From positions 1 through 64,000 of the IMG/VR virus record IMGVR_UViG_2623620552_000001: a stretch of DNA of 64,000 nucleotides. The stretch is one strand, 5' to 3'. The notes under the pieces were generated by a model. That model was given only the letters and a program-made list of their open reading frames with translations. It did not search any database and was not told where the DNA came from. Position 1 is the first letter of the stretch. Each line of letters opens with the position of its first letter. Made by a program: the position numbers and the translations under genes. The DNA comes from a virus. Lineage: Duplodnaviria; Caudoviricetes. This document shows, piece by piece, positions 19,800-28,400 of the stretch.

Positions 19800-21777
19800 A
19801 CAGAAGTTCCGCTCCGCTAACGATCTCTGGTTCCGAATAGAAGGCCAGGCGAGCCCCGACACTGACATCCGCGCCCGAGAAAGCGCGATCCGAAGACGCG
19901 GACGAAAGACCGCACGGCGAACCGAGGTACGCGGGACCGCCAACAACCAGGAGCTGACCACCTGTAGCAGCCCAATATCCGTCGCAGTAGTAGGTGGTTT
20001 CACTACCGCCTACAGCCTTTGGCAGCATATCCCAATACTCTCCGAGTTCCATCTGTGTTGCGTACTGTCCGTTTGCACTTGAAAGCACACCACTGATGTC
20101 ACGTCCTTCTGCGGTATTGCTTACCACATTGCCGTCATAGACAACAGCATGCCTAACACTTCCGCTCATATAGAAGCGAATACCAGGACGGAACTCCCAC
20201 AACTTGCCGAACATGTCCTCAAAGCCGAACAGCTTCGTCACATAGCGTGTAACGTTAGCTCTGTCCGTTGCTGTCACGCATCCTGTTCCATCACCAAGGC
20301 TATCTGCCATACCATGAGCTAAGTCTCTATAAGCATCCCATGACGCACTTGAGCGGGCATTGCCGTTGGAAAGGAAGCTCTCTGAGTTGAGATTGCCATA
20401 GCGTGCCTGATAGAGTGCATTGATAAGACAGTGGAACTGATAGTTAGCCAATCCAAAGTCTGCGTGAATGGCTTGTGCGTCCTGCCAGAAGGCACTCATC
20501 GTCTTAGAGTGTGAAGAGCCTACACCTGCACGGCTATGCCCTCCTGCAGACATCTGATAAGCACCCACCCAATGTGGGGATGCAAATACATGTCCTCCGT
20601 TAATAGGTGTCATTCCACCGAATTGTAAGGTAGTTCCATTGCCTAAGTAATGACAGTCTGGAACATGTATCATACACTCAGTGGCGGCTTTGGCTGCATC
20701 TGTCACAGTGCTTCCATCTGCGAACAAACTCCAATTGGAAGGATTTAGTTTGGCGGCATATACCTTGCCATCCTTTACGAGGAATAGATAGCCACCCATA
20801 CGGTTGATATACTGTGCTGCTGCTCCCTGATTGTTTACGGTGAATGTAGGTGATGAACTTCCCTCAAGCGTGAAATTAGATACAATGGAATCTATTGCAT
20901 AGGACATGTTAGTCTGTATTTCCTTCACTGATTGCTGTAGGTTATCTATCTGCTCTTCATAATCTCCCTCTGGTGTCTGCCAGGTTCCGTCTTCGCGCAA
21001 ATACTTACTTGTACCACTGCCAGTACCAAGAGCAGACTTAACTTCAGCGGCTGTTGGTGCAATATGCTTCTGAGCACCTGCCTCTATACCGCCTAACTTA
21101 TTCTTCTCATCTGTTGTATAGTCATTGGTTGACAGTCCCTTACCTGTTACCTTATCAACCTTTTTGGCAAGTTCGGTATATGCACCACCAGTCGTGAACT
21201 TGGTAGTACCTCCTGATACTGGTGTTGCACTATCTCCCGTGTTGACAACATCCCCCAATCCTACCTGTACCTTTGTGACACCATGCGGATTGCTTGTGTT
21301 GTTGATGTGGTCGTTGACCACCTTTCCATCGGCAGCAGTACCTGTTGTGGTGCCAATCGCAAGGTCGCCTTTAATCTGAGTATATGCAGAACCACTCCAT
21401 CTCCAAGAGGTATTGGTTGACTTGTCAACGTAAATCTTTCCTCCCTCACCAGTTGCGGGGAATGCTGACTTGGTGTCATACTCCAATACATCATCCACGT
21501 AAGACGGAAGTTGCGAAGAAGGCACTTTTCCTGCGGAGTCAAGCGTTGCCACACCAGAAGCAGCACCCATCTCACTTCTCTTAACCTGTGCATCGTTTGT
21601 TACACTGCCAAGACCGACATCGGACTTGCTGACGGTAACATTGCCGCTCAGAGCATGACCATTGACGGTCGTTGTCTTGTCTACCTTCGGGTCTATCTTG
21701 TCCGTCTTGAGCTTCTGCAAAGCCGCTTTGAGGTCTTGGACGTTGATAGCCTCGGTTTCATGTCCTGTTGTTGCCAT
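19786..21777 (-). CDS. DGR target: fibre/receptor-binding protein with C-terminal C-type-lectin (Mtd/FGE-like) domain
   Basis: N-terminal fibre repeats (VTKVQVGLG, KVDKVTGKGLSTNDYT); LFGFEDMFGKLWEF and terminal GARLAF; contains VR. Confidence 0.9.
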   Translation of the reverse strand: MATTGHETEAINVQDLKAALQKLKTDKIDPKVDKTTTVNGHALSGNVTVSKSDVGLGSVTNDAQVKRSEMGAASGVATLDSAGKVPSSQLPSYVDDVLEYDTKSAFPATGEGGKIYVDKSTNTSWRWSGSAYTQIKGDLAIGTTTGTAADGKVVNDHINNTSNPHGVTKVQVGLGDVVNTGDSATPVSGGTTKFTTGGAYTELAKKVDKVTGKGLSTNDYTTDEKNKLGGIEAGAQKHIAPTAAEVKSALGTGSGTSKYLREDGTWQTPEGDYEEQIDNLQQSVKEIQTNMSYAIDSIVSNFTLEGSSSPTFTVNNQGAAAQYINRMGGYLFLVKDGKVYAAKLNPSNWSLFADGSTVTDAAKAATECMIHVPDCHYLGNGTTLQFGGMTPINGGHVFASPHWVGAYQMSAGGHSRAGVGSSHSKTMSAFWQDAQAIHADFGLANYQFHCLINALYQARYGNLNSESFLSNGNARSSASWDAYRDLAHGMADSLGDGTGCVTATDRANVTRYVTKLFGFEDMFGKLWEFRPGIRFYMSGSVRHAVVYDGNVVSNTAEGRDISGVLSSANGQYATQMELGEYWDMLPKAVGGSETTYYCDGYWAATGGQLLVVGGPAYLGSPCGLSSASSDRAFSGADVSVGARLAFYSEPEIVSGAELLSMLA
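19846..19955 (-). repeat. DGR variable repeat (VR)
   Basis: Encodes LLVVGGPAYLGSPCGLSSASSDRAFSGADVSVGARL versus TR LLIVGSNANNGSQCGLSYANSNNAFSNANDNIGARL. Confidence 0.97.
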
Positions 21778-21793
21778 AATATATATCGTTTTT

Positions 21794-21928
21794 TCAAGTT
21801 AATTCATTTATGATTGATTCGCAAGTAGCCACGGAGGCATACTCGGTAAGTCCCGGTATCGCAGGCTTCAGCTTGTCATCCCATAGGGTCTTGAAGTCTT
21901 CGAGAGCCATATAATTTTCGCCTGTCAT
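21794..21928 (-). CDS. 44-aa fibre adaptor-like peptide (not in the ORF track)
   Basis: MTGENYMALEDFKTLWDDKLKPAIPGLTEYASVATCESIINELT; both ends are homologous to neighbouring genes. Confidence 0.75.
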   Translation of the reverse strand: MTGENYMALEDFKTLWDDKLKPAIPGLTEYASVATCESIINELT

Positions 21929-21970
21929 AATCGTTTCTGTTTATTCTTCCTTTATCATGTCAAAAAAGAA

Positions 21971-22003
21971 TCTCGGGGAGAGGAACGCGTCCCCTCCCTG
22001 AGA
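21971..22003 (-). terminator. Rho-independent terminator after the 291-aa fibre gene
   Basis: On -: TCTCAGGGAGGGGA-CGCGT-TCCTCTCCCCGAGA-TTCTTTTTT. Confidence 0.75.
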
Positions 22004-22014
22004 AAAAGAGAGCC

Positions 22015-22890
22015 TTAGACTACGAAAGCAGCCAGTTCCTGTGCGGTAACGCGGTTGGGCACCTCGATGTCAACAGCCTTGTTAGCATCGGGAGTCAGAG
22101 CCGTGCCGTTCACCTTCACGCTCTGGATGGCGGTGTCGGCCTTACCACCCTGTGCAGCGGTAGCGAAGTCAGAAGCCTTCGCGCCTGAGTCTGTCAGGTT
22201 GCCGTTGGCATCCAGTCCGGCGAAGTTGCCGTTAGTAGCAGAAGCCACCTTGTCGGCCTTTCCGCTGATGTCCTGGTGCTGCTGAATAGCAGTATCAGCC
22301 AGTGCGAGGGAAGCCTGCACTTCTGCCGTCATGTCGGTAGAAGGAATACCGCCGCTTGGCTTGTCGTACTTAGCACCCCAGGCAGCCTTGTCGCTGGTGG
22401 TCACGTGGATGTCGCTGTTGCCAGTGTGAGAGGCAATGGCAGCTGCGTTGGCAGCACCCTTGGAACCTTCGTAGGCAGTGCCTGCGGTCTCACCGAGAGC
22501 GATGCTTGCGGAAATCTCCGCATAGGCAGTGCCACCCCAACGATAAGTCTTGTTGTCATCGAGCGTGACATAGATCTTGCCACCCTCACCCTCTGCGGGC
22601 AGTGCTGCGAAGTTGGCTGCCTCGATAACGTCGTCAACGAATGAAGGCAGCTGGCTTGATGGAACCTTACCGGTAGCATCCAAGGTGGCAACACCACTGT
22701 TGGCGCCCTTCTCAGTAGCAGCGATGAACGTGCTCTGGGCGATGTTAGTACCATCAGCCAGAACGAGGTTCTTGGCATTGGTGTCAGTACCTGCCAACAT
22801 CGCAATGAAACCGGCTACGATGTAAGGCTTGAGTTTGCTGGTCCAGAGTTCCTGGACGTCGGCTAACGCCATGTAATTCTCTTTAGTCAT
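22015..22890 (-). CDS. Fibre shaft protein sharing a module with the DGR target
   Basis: GANSGVATLDATGKVPSSQLPSFVDDV...GEGGKIYV nearly identical to the module in 19786-21777. Confidence 0.8.
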   Translation of the reverse strand: MTKENYMALADVQELWTSKLKPYIVAGFIAMLAGTDTNAKNLVLADGTNIAQSTFIAATEKGANSGVATLDATGKVPSSQLPSFVDDVIEAANFAALPAEGEGGKIYVTLDDNKTYRWGGTAYAEISASIALGETAGTAYEGSKGAANAAAIASHTGNSDIHVTTSDKAAWGAKYDKPSGGIPSTDMTAEVQASLALADTAIQQHQDISGKADKVASATNGNFAGLDANGNLTDSGAKASDFATAAQGGKADTAIQSVKVNGTALTPDANKAVDIEVPNRVTAQELAAFVV

Positions 22891-22946
22891 GATAATAAAA
22901 GAATTAAATTAAACATATAGAGGACTTTCACCTCCGATTACTATAA

Positions 22947-23461
22947 TTACATCATCTGTATGCATGCCATAATCTGACCTTTCAGCTCGTCATGGTCGTC
23001 GCCTTGCTTGACGGCTTGGTCGAAAAGCATCTTCAGAGTCATGGTAGCACCTATGATATACCCCTGTGAGGATGCCCTTGGTGCATCGGGTGCTTTCAGT
23101 GATGAGTACATCACCATAGCCACCTTCTCAGCCTGCTGTATCTCTTTAGGTACTGCCGGCTTAGTGTGAGTTCTCTTCCTGCCTCTTGGTGCGGGAGCCT
23201 TTGGAGTAGGCTTTGTTGCTGTTCTTGTAGTCATAAGTCTTATACGTTAAAGTTGTCCATCTGTTCCTGTGTCACGCGGTCCTTGTCGGTGATCATCGAG
23301 TCCTTCACCGACTTGCCCAGGTCGACCATCTCCACGGATTCGTCCTTTATCTCCTGGCTGCCTACGGAGTCAGGTCCCGGCTGGGAGCCACCGCCTCCTC
23401 CGTCTAACTCATACTCTTTACCATCATATTCAAAGATAAGCTTGTTTATTTTCTCTGCCAT
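22947..23461 (-). CDS. Two small hypothetical genes (22947-23234; 23240-23461)
   Basis: Co-oriented in the tail module; the second has a poly-Gly linker and a C-terminal RVTQEQMDNF. Confidence 0.6.
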
Positions 23462-23476
23462 AGTCGTAATTATTTA

Positions 23477-24979
23477 TTAGTTTAACTCATCAATGATACT
23501 CTCACACGTCTCTACCGTTGCGAACACAAGTTCTTCCTTTACCCTGCGGGCGAGGTCTTCCTTATCCTCTTCGCTCATAGAATCCCAATCAAGGTCATCA
23601 CCCGTGGCATAGACGGACTTCTGATAGGTCTTTGTCTGAGCATTCCAGATATACCAATAGTTCTCATCACCTGTCGTGCCGTCGCCGATAAAAGGAGGAT
23701 GATCGTTCCAGTCCTTAGCATAGTCACCCTGCGCCTTGGCATAATCGCCTTGCGTGTTGGCATAGGTGGCTTTCTCATTGGCTAACGCAGCCTTTTCATT
23801 TGCTAACCCTGCCTTATCATTCGCTAACGTTGCCTTATCATTGGCATTAGAAGCAGCATTATTGGCGAGCGTTGCCTTGCTATTAGCGTTCGATGCTGCT
23901 GTATTGGCATTCGACGTAGCGGTCTGTGCGGCCTGTGTCTTGCTGACGACATCAGCCCTAAGCGTGTTCCAATCCCCACGGACACCACTGCTCTCATCTG
24001 TTCCAAAGAAGGAGTTCCATGATGTATTGACACCAGACCAGAAGTCGCCCCATAGCTTCCTTACGCCTGTTGGCAATGTGTCACTGAACCAGTTAGTCCA
24101 ATCGGTCTGACGCTGTGTCTCCGCAGCAACACGGGCCTGCTCGTTGCTCTGGCGTGTCTGCTCGTTAGCCTCTATCTGCTGACGGCTTATATTGGCGTTA
24201 TCTGCTGCCGTCTGTGCGAGCGTAGCCTTTTGGTTTGCATTGGTAGCGGCACTATTGGCATCCGTGGTGGCCTGCTGAATAGCTGGCTTCATATTGGTTA
24301 GCCAATCAGCCCACGCTTCCGATGATGCCTGGTCAAGGTCGCAGAGGAAAGTAAAGCTTCCTTGTGAGTTCTTGCAATACATCTTGGCATTGTCCTCCGA
24401 TGTCTTGTCGGTGGTAGCAATGATGACGAACTTTCCCTGTGGCACGTTTGCGGCATCGGCATTCATAGCAGCAACGGAAGGATAGGTGCGATATATATCA
24501 AAGCCAATATCAACACTCCGTGACACACCATTTCGGTCTGTGATGGTTACGGTAAACCCTTGCAATCCTGCGTTGACATTCTCTGCCCCTGCGGTAGCGC
24601 CCTGCGCTGCCGTTGCTGCGGTGTTGGCATTGGTGGTAGCCGTCTGCGCATCTACTTTCAATGTGCCCCATTCAGTAGAGCGTGCCGTGAACCAGTCACT
24701 CCATGTCTTGCGCACTCCCTGTTGGTCTGATGTGCCGAACCATGTGTTCCATGCGTTCTGTATTGCCGTGACGGTATTATCAAGGTACTGCTTCAGCACA
24801 AGGAGTTTCATGCTGACATATCCAGTCATAGAGCCTCCCTGTACACGTATGCCGGGAAGGGTGACATCATCGTTTATCTGCGAGACATCATCAATGACAT
24901 CCTCTTCCTGCTCTACCGAGTACCCTAACTGCTCAAGGGCTTCGCTGACCTGTTCTATAAATTCGGGTGTTACTGCCAT
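23477..24979 (-). CDS. Ala/Asn-rich coiled-coil fibre or baseplate-upper protein
   Basis: ANEKA/ANTAA heptads, repeated W-x-x-W-F segments, C-terminal ATVETCESIIDELN. Confidence 0.75.
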   Translation of the reverse strand: MAVTPEFIEQVSEALEQLGYSVEQEEDVIDDVSQINDDVTLPGIRVQGGSMTGYVSMKLLVLKQYLDNTVTAIQNAWNTWFGTSDQQGVRKTWSDWFTARSTEWGTLKVDAQTATTNANTAATAAQGATAGAENVNAGLQGFTVTITDRNGVSRSVDIGFDIYRTYPSVAAMNADAANVPQGKFVIIATTDKTSEDNAKMYCKNSQGSFTFLCDLDQASSEAWADWLTNMKPAIQQATTDANSAATNANQKATLAQTAADNANISRQQIEANEQTRQSNEQARVAAETQRQTDWTNWFSDTLPTGVRKLWGDFWSGVNTSWNSFFGTDESSGVRGDWNTLRADVVSKTQAAQTATSNANTAASNANSKATLANNAASNANDKATLANDKAGLANEKAALANEKATYANTQGDYAKAQGDYAKDWNDHPPFIGDGTTGDENYWYIWNAQTKTYQKSVYATGDDLDWDSMSEEDKEDLARRVKEELVFATVETCESIIDELN

Positions 24980-24984
24980 ATCTC

Positions 24985-25386
24985 TTACTGTTTAATATAT
25001 CTAATCCATGCAAAGGCATCCCTTCTGTCCAAGTACATGAGGTCGTACTGGTTGGCGTATGCCTCACGCTCCAAACTGATGTTCTTGTATGCCGTCATCA
25101 TATTGCGGTAGATGCACAGACGGACAAGCCACTCTATGCCGTACCACCAGAAGAAGAGAGGGATGGCAAGGAGCGACCACCACCCGCATCCTGCTGCGGC
25201 GAGGACGGCGGCAATGATAGCACCTACGACAAGCATCTCCTTCTGCTGTCTGCCGTGCGTTCCCTCATGGCGCTCTCCTATGGTGTTGAAAGCCCACGCT
25301 CTGTCCTTGCGGATAAAGAGGAACGGCCAAATCACCATTGACGTGAATCTTTTCACTGGGAATATGTTGTTATATATCTTTTTCAT
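24985..25386 (-). CDS. Membrane-associated HExxH (zincin-like) phage protein
   Basis: RHEGTHGRQQ...SLEREAY with hydrophobic segments. Confidence 0.65.
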   Translation of the reverse strand: MKKIYNNIFPVKRFTSMVIWPFLFIRKDRAWAFNTIGERHEGTHGRQQKEMLVVGAIIAAVLAAAGCGWWSLLAIPLFFWWYGIEWLVRLCIYRNMMTAYKNISLEREAYANQYDLMYLDRRDAFAWIRYIKQ

Positions 25387-25405
25387 ATCGTCTTTTTCTC
25401 CTGCA

Positions 25406-28400
25406 TTAATTACTGTATATCATTGACCAGCACTTTCCATAAGTAGGAATATCACCTAAGTAGAAGAGAAGTGCAGAAGTCCTATCATTCCAAGTATATG
25501 CCTCCCCCGGCTCAATAAGTGCGACATCATCACTTCCATTAAGCACATAGGCATTACTGCTTGCTTTTAATATCATACTATCTGACATATTCTTGATAAT
25601 AAATATTGTACCAACAGGCGGGTCCTTTGGCAGAGTAAAGGATTTTGTCCTTATGTTGATTCTGTCATAATTCTTGGTATCCAATACCTTCAGATAGCCC
25701 CAATCATCAACATACACACGTCCTTCAGGATAGGCTTCATTTCTGGTAGGCCAACTATTACTATATAAACAAGCTCCGCTATCATCTGAACCAACCTTTA
25801 AAGTATATCTGGTGTTGTTATCTTTTGGATATTGGCTCTCTATTATAGGATAGAAAGAATTGTAGAAAGCATCAATAAATGAACTGTTTTCTGATGATTG
25901 TGTTCTCCAGTAGTTTCTAAAATATCCGCCATCAACTTTATCAATTCCACTTTCTTGCTTTACAAAAAACAGCCCGCCGCCATAGGAAATGTCTATTCCA
26001 TCTCCACTATCTCCATCAAATAGTATTTTGATTTTTGACCGTCCATCTTTATCATATCCTGTAATTGTAGGAATAGCTATTGAAGTGGTTGCTGTGTGAT
26101 ATGCGGACGGTGCTATTTCCCACCTTCCTTTTCCTTCTGCTATTGAGGTTACCTTTCCTTCAAAATAGCCGTTTTTGACATTTACATTACCAGCATTATC
26201 CCAATTAAAGTTTCCTCTAGCAAAATATCCAGAGCCATCCATGCGGAAAAGTGAAGTTGCCTTACCGCTATTAGTTGTGTCATAGGTTTGAGTAGAACTG
26301 TTGTATCTATCTTCCATAGAACCACCAAACCATGCAGCAATAGTACTATCATTAAGATAGATACCATTCATCCCGCCGTATGTATTGTAATTCTCTACAT
26401 CTTCCTTGTCTCCAGTTCCTTTATAATGGCGAAGGGCAATAAGTGATGTCAAAAGAAGTCCTCCATCTATTAACGTTGCACCATTCAAAGCGTCTTTTAT
26501 GGTATCAAGTAAATCTACTTTATTTTTTGCCCCTTTTGCTAAGCTATAAGCGTCATCTGCAGCAGCCTGTGCATCATCAGCAACTTTCTTTGCTGCTGTT
26601 GCTATGGCGTTCATTATCGTTGTTCTAGCTGTGTAGTAAGCAGATATATTTTCATAATCGCTTTCTATTGTTATGTCCTCTGGAGAAGATGCAGTGTACT
26701 TATCGAAAGCCGTAATAGCATTTCCATATGCCGTTACAAATGCTGTTTTTGAAACACTATACTTGTCAGCTTCTGAACAAATCTGAGAATACTCCTGAAC
26801 AATATCGTTCTTTTGCTGCTTGAGAGAAGTCTTTTCTTGTGGTGAAATCTTACCGTCAGAAGCCCAATTGTTTAGTCTGTTGTTAGCTGTGTTAGCAGAA
26901 GTCTGAGCAGCACTTGCTGCATTGGCGGCGTTTGATGCAGCGGTTGCAGCTTCATTTGCAGCGGACTGTGCTGTTTCTGCGGCACTCTGCGCTGTTGCAG
27001 CGGCACCGGCGGCATTTGATATACCTTGGCTTATCTGTCCACCTGTAAGTGCCTGCACATATTGGTTTGCTTTAAAATCATTGAGTGCAGAGTCGTCAGT
27101 GTAATCTATCTCCTCAAAAGTTACAGGAGAGACATTGGTACAACGATACACCTTGCCTTTCTTATAAACAACACCGCTCTGTGTCGTATTATCATTTGGT
27201 ATGAAGAGGTCTCTCACATGAAGATTATTTCCCCATGCTCCCCAATTAACATAGATGTTTGATTTTCCGTCAATAGTGTCAAATACACTTTGTGGAATAT
27301 TCTGCTGCTCCCAATCATAACGTGGACTTGCGCCTTGTCCTTTGTCCTTATAGTACCATGTCGTTCCGTTACCTGTTTTATACCACAGGTCTCCAACATG
27401 CTCTGCTTTTAACTCGTCTGTATTCCAAGCAGATGACGGGTCTGCGTTCTGATACCACGTTTCGGCTTTCTTGTCCAACTGTAACTCTATGTCATCCGTG
27501 ATGGCAGTGATGAGATTGTTGATGTAAGTATCCAGGGCTTGATTACCAATAGTGCTTTGTGCGGAAATCCTCGCCTTTACCTCAAGTAACTTGTTCAATG
27601 AGTCATACTTAATGTACGTAGAGTTATCCCTTGCACCGATGAAAGCGTCTCCATAGTCCTCTATGATAGGCACACCCGTATTAGGGTTGTAAAGTAACCC
27701 AATGATACGTTTGTTCGCCAAGGAGAAATCGTTTATGTCGTGATAGAATTTAAGGGCAGGAGAGTCTGCATTGCTTACATCTAATGTTATGATATTCTGA
27801 CGGTTTGTGGTGCGGTCGTTACCGAACTGTACGACATGGTCACCTGCGGCGGGAATGTCAGAACCTTCGTCATAGCCTCCATCCACATTGCTGACATCGA
27901 ACCAATGGTACACCTTTCCGTCTATCAAAGCAGGCTGGCAGTGTGTCGTGTCGGGATTCTCTGATGGCTCTTCGGTATTGGATGACACCCTTATCACCTT
28001 CCTCCACCAATATACATTGCCTATTTTCGATGAACCTTCAACATAGGTGTTTCTCTTGGAACTCTTCATATTTATCGTCTGACAGCGTGCAAGGTCACCA
28101 ATAGCCCACATGTTGTCAATCTCCCTGTCATCATCCTCGGCAAGGAAATAGAGACGGAAAGCCTTTACGTCCTTCAGTTCCTCTGATGTTATGGTCTTCT
28201 TCGTCTTGCGGTTTCTTCCGAAGAACACTCCCTTCAAAAGGAACGGCATCTTCTTCAACAGCCAAGGCACCTGACGATATACATATCCTACCACCTCACC
28301 ACTCTCATTGATGAAATCGGTCTTTACAATGATGTTGGCAGCAGAAGAATATACCTGGTTACCCGCTATGGCTGTTTCCTTCTTCACCTCCAACTCCTCA

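Noticed and set aside
19665-20003. 112-aa - strand ORF as a possible Avd
   Set aside because: It overlaps VR in another frame, so it would be scrambled by mutagenesis; it is Arg/Ser-rich with no helical-bundle character.
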